IMG/VR virus record: IMGVR_UViG_2703718854_000001 | Direction: 5' to 3' (one strand) | Origin: a virus | Taxonomy: Duplodnaviria; Heunggongvirae; Uroviricota; Caudoviricetes | Length of the DNA: 35,878 bases | In this document: positions 27,641 through 35,878 of the stretch, one piece after another | Position numbering within the stretch: the stretch's first letter is position 1 | Layout: each line of letters begins with the position of its first letter | Notes under the pieces: model-generated | What the model was told of the DNA's origin: nothing | The model's input: only the letters and a program-made list of their open reading frames with translations | Database searches by the model: none | Translations under genes and position numbers: made by a program

Positions 27641-28831
27641 ATGAGTGACTATCATCACGGCGTGCAGGTGCTGGAGATTAACGACGGCACCCGCGTCATT
27701 TCCACCGTATCCACCGCCATTGTTGGCATGGTCTGCACGGCCAGCGATGCGGATGCGGAAATCTTCCCCCTCAATAAACCGGTGCTGATTACCAATGTGC
27801 AGAGCGCAATTGCAAAGGCCGGTAAAAAAGGCACGCTGGCGGCGTCGTTACAGGCCATCGCTGACCAGTCAAAACCGGTCACCGTTGTCGTACGTGTGGA
27901 AGACGGCACCGGCGACGACGAGGAAACGAAACTCGCGCAGACCGTTTCCAATATCATCGGCACTACCGACGAAAACGGTCAGTACACCGGACTGAAAGCC
28001 CTGCTGGCGGCGGAGTCGGTAACCGGTGTTAAACCGCGTATTCTCGGTGTGCCGGGGCTGGATACCAAAGAGGTGGCAGTTGCACTGGCATCAGTCTGTC
28101 AGAAGCTGCGCGCTTTCGGGTATATCAGCGCATGGGGCTGTAAAACCATTTCCGAGGTGAAAGCTTACCGCCAGAATTTCAGCCAGCGTGAGCTGATGGT
28201 CATCTGGCCGGATTTCCTCGCATGGGATACGGTCGCCAGTACCACCGCCACCGCGTATGCCACCGCCCGTGCGCTGGGTCTGCGCGCTAAAATCGACCAG
28301 GAGCAGGGCTGGCATAAAACGCTGTCCAACGTCGGGGTGAACGGTGTTACCGGCATCAGCGCATCTGTATTCTGGGATTTGCAGGAGTCCGGTACTGATG
28401 CTGACCTGCTTAACGAGTCAGGTGTCACTACGCTGATTCGCCGCGACGGTTTCCGCTTCTGGGGTAACCGTACCTGCTCTGATGACCCGCTGTTCCTCTT
28501 TGAAAACTACACCCGCACCGCGCAGGTGCTGGCCGACACGATGGCTGAGGCGCACATGTGGGCGGTGGACAAGCCCATCACCGCAACGCTGATTCGCGAC
28601 ATCGTTGACGGCATCAATGCCAAATTCCGAGAGCTGAAAACAAACGGCTATATCGTGGATGCGACCTGCTGGTTCAGCGAAGAATCCAACGATGCGGAAA
28701 CCCTCAAGGCCGGAAAACTGTATATCGACTACGACTATACCCCGGTGCCTCCTCTTGAAAATCTGACCCTGCGCCAGCGTATTACCGATAAATACCTGGC
28801 AAATCTGGTCACCTCGGTTAACAGCAATTAA
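27641..28831 (+). CDS. FI: Tail sheath protein, 396 aa
   Basis: Length and position match P2 FI. Confidence 0.93.
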   Translation: MSDYHHGVQVLEINDGTRVISTVSTAIVGMVCTASDADAEIFPLNKPVLITNVQSAIAKAGKKGTLAASLQAIADQSKPVTVVVRVEDGTGDDEETKLAQTVSNIIGTTDENGQYTGLKALLAAESVTGVKPRILGVPGLDTKEVAVALASVCQKLRAFGYISAWGCKTISEVKAYRQNFSQRELMVIWPDFLAWDTVASTTATAYATARALGLRAKIDQEQGWHKTLSNVGVNGVTGISASVFWDLQESGTDADLLNESGVTTLIRRDGFRFWGNRTCSDDPLFLFENYTRTAQVLADTMAEAHMWAVDKPITATLIRDIVDGINAKFRELKTNGYIVDATCWFSEESNDAETLKAGKLYIDYDYTPVPPLENLTLRQRITDKYLANLVTSVNSN

Positions 28832-28843
28832 GGAGCCTGACCG

Positions 28844-29362
28844 ATGGCAATGCCGCGCAAACTCAAGTTAATGAACGTCTTTCTGAACGGCTACTGCTAT
28901 CAGGGCGTCGCGAAGTCCGTCACGCTACCAAAACTGACCCGTAAGCTCGAAAACTATCGCGGTGCGGGGATGAACGGCAGCGCACCGGTAGACCTCGGCC
29001 TTGATGACGATGCGCTGTCAATGGAGTGGTCGCTCGGTGGCTTCCCGGATTCGGTTATCTGGGAGCTTTACGCCGCAACCGGTGTGGATGCCGTACCGAT
29101 TCGTTTTGCAGGCTCTTACCAGCGCGACGATACCGGCGAAACGGTGGCCGTCGAGGTGGTCATGCGTGGACGTCAGAAAGAAATCGACACCGGCGAGGGC
29201 AAACAGGGAGAAGACACCGAGTCGAAAATCTCCGTGGTCTGCACCTATTTCCGGCTGACGATGGACGGTAAGGAGCTGGTCGAAATCGACACCATCAACA
29301 TGATTGAGAAGGTGAACGGCGTCGACCGGCTGGAGCAACACCGTCGCAATATCGGCCTGTGA
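28844..29362 (+). CDS. FII: Tail tube protein, 172 aa
   Basis: Length and position match P2 FII. Confidence 0.93.
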   Translation: MAMPRKLKLMNVFLNGYCYQGVAKSVTLPKLTRKLENYRGAGMNGSAPVDLGLDDDALSMEWSLGGFPDSVIWELYAATGVDAVPIRFAGSYQRDDTGETVAVEVVMRGRQKEIDTGEGKQGEDTESKISVVCTYFRLTMDGKELVEIDTINMIEKVNGVDRLEQHRRNIGL

Positions 29363-29418
29363 TTTTCATCCGGTCAGCCTGGCTGACCGGTTAACCCCGA
29401 TTCAGAAGTGAGAAAACC

Positions 29419-29694
29419 ATGAACAAAGAAAACGTCATTACCCTGGACAAGCCGGTCAAACGTGGTGAGCAGGTTATCGAACAGGTCACGCTGATGAAAC
29501 CTAATGCCGGGACGCTGCGCGGTGTCAGTCTGGCTGCGGTCGCAAACTCCGAAGTCGATGCACTGATCAAAGTGCTGCCGCGCATGACCGCACCGATGCT
29601 GACCGAGCAGGAAGTCGCCGCGCTGGAACTGCCTGACCTTGTGGCGCTGGCCGGTAAGGTGGTCGGTTTTTTGTCGCCGAACTCGGTGCAGTGA
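29419..29694 (+). CDS. E: Tail assembly chaperone E, 91 aa
   Basis: Length and position match P2 E; contains the T6G slippery site near its 3' end. Confidence 0.85.
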   Translation: MNKENVITLDKPVKRGEQVIEQVTLMKPNAGTLRGVSLAAVANSEVDALIKVLPRMTAPMLTEQEVAALELPDLVALAGKVVGFLSPNSVQ

Positions 29695-29846
29695 CGTTTC
29701 CGAAAAATCTCTCGGTCGATGATCTGATGGCGGATGTGGCAGTGATATTTCACTGGCCGCCATCAGAACTGTATCCCATGAGCCTGACCGAACTCATCAC
29801 ATGGCGCGAAAAGGCGCTCCGGCGAAGCGGAAACACGAATGAGTAA
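29419..29846 (+). CDS. E': E+E' tail assembly chaperone produced by a programmed -1 frameshift at TTTTTTG (29667-29673)
   Basis: The -1 frame stays open from the slippery heptamer to a TAA at 29844-29846, overlapping the T start; the product is about 142 aa, matching P2 E+E'. Confidence 0.6.
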
Positions 29847-32286
29847 CAATGTAAAATTACAGGTATTGCTCAGGGCTGTTGACCAGGCATCCCGCCCGTT
29901 TAAATCCATCCGCACAGCGAGCAAGTCGCTGTCGGGGGATATCCGGGAAACACAAAAATCACTGCGCGAGCTGAACGGTCAGGCATCCCGTATTGAGGGG
30001 TTCCGCAAGACCAGTGCACAGCTCGCCGTGACTGGTCAGGAACTGAAAAAAGCCAGACAGGAAGCCGCAGCACTGGCTGTCCAGTTTAAAAATACTGAAC
30101 GACCAACAAATGCACAGGCAAAGGCAATGGAAGCCGCGCGTAAAAATGTGTCGGAGTTACAGGCGAAATATAACAGCCTGAGATTGTCGGTACAGCGCCA
30201 GCGTCAGGAACTGAGTCAGGCGGGTATTAATACCCGTAATCTGGCGCATGATGAACGAGGGCTGAAAAACCGTATCAGTGAAACCACCGTACAGCTTAAC
30301 CGGCAGCGTGACGCGCTGGCGCGTGTCAGTGCGCAACAGGCAAAACTTAACGCAGTAAAACAGCGTTATCAGGCCGGAAAGGAACTGGCCGGAAATATGG
30401 CCTCAGTGGGCGCTGCCGGTGTGGGGATTGCTGCTGCGGGAACGATGGTCGGAGTTAAGCTGCTGATGCCCGGTTATGAGTTTGCGCAGAAAAACTCAGA
30501 ATTGCAGGCCGTGCTAGGAGTGGCAAAAGACTCCGCCGAAATGACCGCACTCCGCAAGCAGGCGCGCCAGCTCGGCGACAATACCGCAGCCTCGGCAGAT
30601 GATGCGGCCGGTGCGCAGATTATCATTGCGAAAGCGGGTGGAGATGCTGCGGCTATTCAGGCGGCAACGCCGGTCACGCTGAATATGGCACTGGCGAATC
30701 AGCGGTCGATGGAAGAAAACGCGCAACTGTTGCTGGGGACTAAGGCATCCTTTCAACTGTCAAATGATGATGTCAGCCATGTGGGCGACGTGTTGTCGGC
30801 AACGATGAATAAGTCGGCGGCTGATTTTCAGGGACTCAGTGATGCACTGACTTACCTCGGGCCGGTTGCGAGGACTGCAGGTGTAAGTCTTGAGCAGGCA
30901 GCAGCCATGACAGGTGTGCTGCATGACAATAACATCAGGGGGTCAATGGCGGGGACGGGTAGCAGTGCCGTTGTCACCCGATTACAGGCACCGACTGGAA
31001 AAGCATGGGATGCACTCAAAGAGCTTGGCGTTAAAACCTCGGACAAAAAGGGAAATATGCGTCCGTTGTTCACCATTCTGAAAGAGATTCAGGCCAGCTT
31101 TGATAAACACAAGCTGGGAACGTCTCAGAAGGGGGAATACCTTAAAACCATTTTTGGTGAGGAAGCCCTGAAATCAGCGAACGTTTTACTGGCAGCGGCA
31201 GCAAGCGGAAAACTGGATAAGCTGACCGCCACGCTGAAAGCCTCGGACGGTAAAACGGAAGAGCTGGTTAAAATCATGCAGGATAACCTCGGCGGTGACT
31301 TTAAGGAGTTTCAGTCCGCTTATGAGGCGGTGGGGACTGACCTGTTTGACCAGCAGGAAGGCGCACTGCGTAAGCTCACGCAGACGGCCACAAAGTATGT
31401 GTTAAAACTCGACGGCTGGATACAGAAAAATAAATCACTGGCGTCAACCATCGGCCTCATTGCCGGTGGCGCACTGGCGCTGACTGGCATCATCGGTGCC
31501 ATTGGTCTTGTAGCCTGGCCGGTTATCACCGGCATTAATGCCATCATCGCGGCAGCAGGCGCAATGGGGGCAGTCTTCACGACGGTTGGCAGTGCTGTTA
31601 TGACGGCCATCGGGGCGATTAGCTGGCCGGTTGTGGCTGTGGTGGCCGCCATTGTCGCCGGGGCGTTACTTATCCGTAAATACTGGGAGCCTGTCAGCGC
31701 ATTCTTTGGCGGTGTGGTGGAAGGGCTGAAAGCGGCATTTGCGCCGGTGGGGGAACTGTTCACGCCACTTAAGCCGCTGTTTGACTGGCTGGGCGAAAAG
31801 TTACAGGCCGCGTGGCAGTGGTTTAAAAAACTGATTGCCCCGGTTAAAGCCACACAGGACACCCTGAACCGTTGCCGTGACACGGGCGTCATGTTCGGGC
31901 AGGCACTGGCTGACGCGTTGATGCTGCCGCTTAATGCGTTCAACAAACTGCGCAGTGGTATTGACTGGGTACTGGAAAAACTCGGTGTCATCAACAAAGA
32001 GTCAGACACACTTGACCAGACCGCCGCCAGAACTCAAGCCGCCACGTATGGCACCGGTGGTTATATTCCGGCGACCAGCTCTTATGCAGGCTATCAGGCT
32101 TATCAGCCGGTTACGGCACCGGCTGGTCGCTCTTATGTGGACCAGAGTAAAAACGAATATCACATCAGTCTGACGGGCGGTACTGCGCCGGGGACTCAGC
32201 TCGACCGCCAGTTACAGGATGCGCTCGAAAAATACGAGCGGGATAAACGTGCGCGCGCCCGTGCCAGCATGATGCATGACGGTTAA
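29839..32286 (+). CDS. T: Tail tape measure protein, 815 aa
   Basis: Length and position match P2 T; coiled-coil N-terminus and Gly/Ala-rich transmembrane-like middle. Confidence 0.9.
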   Translation: MSNNVKLQVLLRAVDQASRPFKSIRTASKSLSGDIRETQKSLRELNGQASRIEGFRKTSAQLAVTGQELKKARQEAAALAVQFKNTERPTNAQAKAMEAARKNVSELQAKYNSLRLSVQRQRQELSQAGINTRNLAHDERGLKNRISETTVQLNRQRDALARVSAQQAKLNAVKQRYQAGKELAGNMASVGAAGVGIAAAGTMVGVKLLMPGYEFAQKNSELQAVLGVAKDSAEMTALRKQARQLGDNTAASADDAAGAQIIIAKAGGDAAAIQAATPVTLNMALANQRSMEENAQLLLGTKASFQLSNDDVSHVGDVLSATMNKSAADFQGLSDALTYLGPVARTAGVSLEQAAAMTGVLHDNNIRGSMAGTGSSAVVTRLQAPTGKAWDALKELGVKTSDKKGNMRPLFTILKEIQASFDKHKLGTSQKGEYLKTIFGEEALKSANVLLAAAASGKLDKLTATLKASDGKTEELVKIMQDNLGGDFKEFQSAYEAVGTDLFDQQEGALRKLTQTATKYVLKLDGWIQKNKSLASTIGLIAGGALALTGIIGAIGLVAWPVITGINAIIAAAGAMGAVFTTVGSAVMTAIGAISWPVVAVVAAIVAGALLIRKYWEPVSAFFGGVVEGLKAAFAPVGELFTPLKPLFDWLGEKLQAAWQWFKKLIAPVKATQDTLNRCRDTGVMFGQALADALMLPLNAFNKLRSGIDWVLEKLGVINKESDTLDQTAARTQAATYGTGGYIPATSSYAGYQAYQPVTAPAGRSYVDQSKNEYHISLTGGTAPGTQLDRQLQDALEKYERDKRARARASMMHDG

Positions 32287-32300
32287 GGAGGTGACGAAAA

Positions 32301-32780
32301 ATGATGCTCGCGTTAGGTATGTTTGTTTTTATGCGCCAGACGCTGCCACACCAGACCATGCAGCGTGAATCAGATTATCGCTGGCCGTCAAATTCCCGTA
32401 TCGGCAAACGGGATGCCTACCAGTTTCTCGGTGTGGGTGAGGAAAACATGACGCTTGCCGGTGTGCTTTATCCCGAACTGACTGGCGGCAAGCTGACGAT
32501 GACCACGCTCAGGCTGATGGCAGAGGAAGGCCGGGCGTGGCCGTTGCTGGATGGTACCGGCATGATTTACGGCATGTATGTCATCAGCAAGGTGAGTGAA
32601 ACAGGGAGTATTTTCTTTGCAGACGGCACACCCCGAAAAATTGATTTTACGCTGTCGCTCACCCGCGTTGACGAATCACTGGCCGCGCTTTATGGCGATA
32701 TCGGTAAACAGGCGGAATCGCTCATCGGTAAGGCTGGCAGTATGGCGACTAAATTCACAGGTATGACGGGGGCGGGATAA
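32301..32780 (+). CDS. U: Tail protein U, 159 aa
   Basis: Length and position match P2 U. Confidence 0.9.
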   Translation: MMLALGMFVFMRQTLPHQTMQRESDYRWPSNSRIGKRDAYQFLGVGEENMTLAGVLYPELTGGKLTMTTLRLMAEEGRAWPLLDGTGMIYGMYVISKVSETGSIFFADGTPRKIDFTLSLTRVDESLAALYGDIGKQAESLIGKAGSMATKFTGMTGAG

Positions 32781-33943
32781 TGCTGGATGCACTGACATTT
32801 GATGCAGGCAGTACGCTGACGCCGAATTACATGCTGATGCTCGACAGCAGGGATATTACCGGCAATATCAGCGACCGTCTGATGAGCATGACTCTGACGG
32901 ATAACCGGGGCTTTGAGGCTGACCAGCTTGATATTGAACTGAACGATGCCGACGGGCAGGTCGGACTGCCGGTTCGTGGCGCTGTCCTGACGGTGTATAT
33001 CGGCTGGAAAGGTTTTGCCCTGGTATGCAAAGGGAAATTTACCGTTGATGAGGTTGAACACCGGGGCGCGCCGGATGTGGTCACCATCCGCGCCCGGAGT
33101 GCAGATTTTCGCGGGACGCTCAATTCCCGCCGGGAAGGCTCCTGGCATGACACCACGCTCGGTGCGATTGTTGAGGCGATAGCCACCCGTAACAGGCTGG
33201 AAGCCAGTGTCGCTCCGTCACTGGCCGGAATTAAAATCCCGCACATCGACCAGTCGCAGGAGTCCGATGTGAAATTCCTGACCCGTCTTGCTGAACGCAA
33301 CGGCGGCGAGGTGTCGGTAAAAATGGGAAAACTGCTGTTTCTCAAAGCGGGGCAGGGGGTGACGGCCAGCGGTAAAAAAATCCCTCAGATTACCATCACC
33401 CGCAGCGACGGTGACCGTCATCATTTTGCGATTGCTGACCGTGGAGCCTATACCGGCGTAACAGCAAAGTGGTTACACACCAAAGACCCGAAACCGCAAA
33501 AGCAGAAGGTAAAACTGAAACGCAAAAAGAAAGAAAAACACCTGCGCGCACTGGAGCACCCGAAAGCGAAACCGGTCAGGCAGAAGAAAGCGCCAAAAGT
33601 GCCGGAAGCGCGCGAAGGTGAATACATGGCCGGTGAGGCTGACAATGTTTTTGCCCTGACCACGGTATATGCCACGAAAGCGCAGGCCATGCGCGCCGCT
33701 CAGGCGAAGTGGGATAAGCTGCAACGGGGCGTTGCGGAGTTCTCCATCAGTCTGGCTACTGGTCGGGCAGATATTTACACGGAAACGCCGGTCAAAGTAT
33801 CAGGCTTTAAGCGCGTCATAGACGAGCAGGACTGGACAATCACTAAGGTGACACATTTTCTGAATAATAGCGGCTTCACGACGTCCCTGGAGCTTGAGGT
33901 CAGGCTTTCTGATGTGGAGTACGAAACAGAAGATGATGAGTGA
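32780..33943 (+). CDS. D: Tail protein D, 387 aa
   Basis: Length and position match P2 D. Confidence 0.9.
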   Translation: MLDALTFDAGSTLTPNYMLMLDSRDITGNISDRLMSMTLTDNRGFEADQLDIELNDADGQVGLPVRGAVLTVYIGWKGFALVCKGKFTVDEVEHRGAPDVVTIRARSADFRGTLNSRREGSWHDTTLGAIVEAIATRNRLEASVAPSLAGIKIPHIDQSQESDVKFLTRLAERNGGEVSVKMGKLLFLKAGQGVTASGKKIPQITITRSDGDRHHFAIADRGAYTGVTAKWLHTKDPKPQKQKVKLKRKKKEKHLRALEHPKAKPVRQKKAPKVPEAREGEYMAGEADNVFALTTVYATKAQAMRAAQAKWDKLQRGVAEFSISLATGRADIYTETPVKVSGFKRVIDEQDWTITKVTHFLNNSGFTTSLELEVRLSDVEYETEDDE

Positions 33944-34024
33944 TATTTTTATTTTATCTATTTGTTTTATAAGGATAAATTAACTAAAATGGCACCATCA
34001 ACAAAACCGGAAGAGGTGCTCGCG

Positions 34025-34243
34025 ATGTTTCATTGTCCTTTATGCCAGCATGCCGCACATGCGCGTACAAGCCGCTATATCACTGACACGACAAAAGAGC
34101 GTTATCACCAGTGTCAGAACGTGAATTGCAGCGCCACGTTCATCACTTATGAGTCGGTACAGAGATACATCGTGAAGCCGGGAGAAGTCCACGCCGTGAG
34201 GCCGCACCCGTTGCCGTCAGGGCAGCAAATTATGTGGATGTAA
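34025..34243 (+). CDS. ogr: Late gene transcription activator Ogr (zinc finger), 72 aa
   Basis: CPLCQH...CQNVNC zinc finger; 72 aa from the third in-frame ATG; last phage gene before attR. Confidence 0.85.
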   Translation: MFHCPLCQHAAHARTSRYITDTTKERYHQCQNVNCSATFITYESVQRYIVKPGEVHAVRPHPLPSGQQIMWM

Positions 34244-34253
34244 TTACAAACAG

Positions 34254-34281
34254 AAAGCCCCTCAGTCGAGGGGCTTTTTTT
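34254..34281 (+). terminator. Rho-independent terminator after ogr
   Basis: gcccctc-agtc-gaggggc hairpin followed by ttttttt. Confidence 0.7.
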
Positions 34282-34344
34282 GTCGATGTGGTCAATGTGT
34301 GGACTTGACCAGAAATAAATCCTTTTATTTCAATTTGTTGTACG

Positions 34345-34372
34345 TAAAAAATAAGCCCGTGTAAGGGAGATT
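34345..34372. repeat. attR core, 28-bp direct repeat identical to attL; it is the 3' terminator end of cyaR
   Basis: Exact repeat of 491-518. Confidence 0.8.
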
Positions 34373-34432
34373 ACACAGGCTAAGGAGGTGGTTCCTGGTA
34401 CAGCTAGCATTTTATGGGTTATGTTTTTCAGC
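34346..34432 (-). ncRNA. cyaR: CyaR (RyeE) Hfq-dependent small RNA
   Basis: The reverse complement of 34346-34432 reads GCTGAAAAACATAACCCATAAAATGCTAGCTGTACCAGGAACCACCTCCTTAGCCTGTGTAATCTCCCTTACACGGGCTTATTTTTT, which matches the E. coli CyaR sequence as I recall it, including the terminator. Confidence 0.8.
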
Positions 34433-34500
34433 GAAACGGATGATAACCTTAATAAATGCAGCTGTATGTGATCGGTTTCTAAGAATTTTCCATCCGGGAA
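34433..34500 (-). promoter_or_regulatory. cyaR promoter region with a candidate CRP half-site
   Basis: On the minus strand, a TATCAT -10-like element lies just upstream of the CyaR 5' end, with TCACA-containing CRP-like sequence further upstream; CyaR is known to be CRP-activated. Confidence 0.3.
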
Positions 34501-34516
34501 AAATAATCGAAATTAA

Positions 34517-35878
34517 TCACTTACCGTGTGGGTTACGCGTGGTTTCCCCGGAGAAATTACGCATCAGCAGAGCGTAATTGAGCTCAAGATCCTGCGGGAC
34601 CGGGAGCCACACAGTATAACCATCGCCTGGTGCGACCGGCATCGCTTCACCTTTGGCGTTTTCCATGTGCTCAAGGGTAAAGTTAATGTTGCCTTGCGGC
34701 GTCATCAGCTCAAGGCTGTCGCCAACGGAGAATTTATTTTTCACCGCTACCGCCGCGAGGTCCCCCTTGCGCTCACCGGTAAACTCACCAACAAACTGCT
34801 GGCGGTCAGAAACTGAATAACCGTATTCGTAGTTCTGATAATCGTCGTGAGTATGACGACGCAGGAAACCTTCGGTATAGCCACGATGCGCCAGACCTTC
34901 CAGAGTTTCCAGCAGGCTGGTATCGAACGGTTTGCCCGCAGCGGCGTCATCGATAGCTTTACGGTAAACCTGTGCGGTGCGTGCGCAATAGTAGAAAGAT
35001 TTAGTACGGCCTTCGATTTTCAGCGAATGCACGCCCATTTTGGTCAGGCGTTCTACATGGGCGATGGCGCGCAGATCTTTCGAGTTCATGATGTAAGTGC
35101 CGTGCTCATCTTCAAACGCGGTCATATACTCGCCCGGACGCTGGGCTTCTTCGATCATAAACACTTTGTCGGTTGGCGCGCCGATACCCAGCGTCGGCTC
35201 AACATTTTGCACCGGAATCGGCTCGTACTTGTGTACGATGTTGCCAACGTCATCTTCTTTCCCTTCCTGGACGTTGTACTCCCAGCGGCAGGCGTTGGTG
35301 CAGGTACCCTGGTTCGGATCGCGCTTGTTGATATAGCCAGAGAGCAGGCAGCGACCGGAGTAGGCCATGCACAGTGCGCCGTGAACGAAGATCTCGATCT
35401 CCATATCCGGCACCTGATTGCGGATCTCTTCAATCTCTTCCAGCGACAGCTCGCGAGAGAGGATCACGCGGGTCAGGCCCATTTGCTGCCAGAATTTCAC
35501 CGTCGCCCAGTTTACGGCGTTAGCCTGCACCGAGAGGTGGATCGGCATTTCAGGGAAGTGCTCACGCACCAGCATAATCAGCCCTGGATCGGACATAATC
35601 AGCGCATCCGGCCCCATTTCCACCACCGGTTTCAGGTCACGGATAAAGGTTTTCAGCTTGGCGTTGTGCGGTGCAATGTTGACCACGACATAAAACTTTT
35701 TCCCCAGCGCGTGGGCTTCATTGATGCCGAGCTGAAGATTTTCGTGGTTGAATTCGTTGTTGCGCACACGCAGGGAGTAACGCGGCTGGCCCGCATAAAC
35801 AGCATCTGCGCCATAAGCGAAAGCGTAACGCATATTTTTCAGCGTTCCCGCCGGGGAAAGGAGTTCCGGTTTAAACAT
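34517..35878 (-). CDS. yegQ: Peptidase U32-family protein YegQ (TrhP), 453 aa, complete; start codon at the window edge
   Basis: 453 aa, N-terminus MFKPELLSPAGTLKNMRYAFAYGADAVYAG as recalled for E. coli YegQ; adjacent to cyaR as in E. coli. Confidence 0.88.
   Translation of the reverse strand: MFKPELLSPAGTLKNMRYAFAYGADAVYAGQPRYSLRVRNNEFNHENLQLGINEAHALGKKFYVVVNIAPHNAKLKTFIRDLKPVVEMGPDALIMSDPGLIMLVREHFPEMPIHLSVQANAVNWATVKFWQQMGLTRVILSRELSLEEIEEIRNQVPDMEIEIFVHGALCMAYSGRCLLSGYINKRDPNQGTCTNACRWEYNVQEGKEDDVGNIVHKYEPIPVQNVEPTLGIGAPTDKVFMIEEAQRPGEYMTAFEDEHGTYIMNSKDLRAIAHVERLTKMGVHSLKIEGRTKSFYYCARTAQVYRKAIDDAAAGKPFDTSLLETLEGLAHRGYTEGFLRRHTHDDYQNYEYGYSVSDRQQFVGEFTGERKGDLAAVAVKNKFSVGDSLELMTPQGNINFTLEHMENAKGEAMPVAPGDGYTVWLPVPQDLELNYALLMRNFSGETTRNPHGK

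Larger units (their letters stand above)
491..34372. mobile_element. P2-like prophage (Peduovirus-type), apparently complete
   Basis: Full P2 gene order and protein lengths from int to ogr, bounded by identical 28-bp direct repeats, with a P2-type cos sequence inside. Confidence 0.9.

Noticed and set aside
1-35878. Insertion sequences or transposases within the prophage
   Set aside because: No transposase-like ORF or terminal inverted repeats flanking the cargo segments were seen; the cargo appears to sit in the usual P2 variable loci without IS scars.

Overview
This window is an essentially complete P2-like (Peduovirus-type) temperate prophage of about 33.9 kb, inserted at the 3' end of the host sRNA gene cyaR next to yegQ and bounded by identical 28-bp direct repeats (491-518 and 34345-34372). 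The backbone is syntenic with P2: int, C, cox, B and A, then Q-P, O-N-M-L, X, the lysis cassette, R-S, V-W-J-I-H-G, FI-FII, E/E', T-U-D and ogr. Gene identities rest on recalled P2 gene order, protein lengths and motifs; no database search was possible. Four cargo loci interrupt the backbone and are the most interesting part. Between A and cos there is a retron-type reverse transcriptase (YVDD, NAxxH and VTG motifs) preceded by an HTH gene, a small ORF and a highly structured non-coding leader, plus a convergent tail-anchored 145-aa protein. Between cos and Q there is an orphan ParA/MinD-like ATPase with a C-terminal extension of unknown fold. Between S and V there is an AT-rich antisense gene of unknown function. 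Between G and FI there is a 408-aa protein ending in a PD-(D/E)xK-like nuclease motif, resembling Shedu (DUF4263). The RT locus and the ParA-like gene are the best candidates for an uncharacterised anti-phage or maintenance system; both are hypotheses that need HMM searches and experiments.
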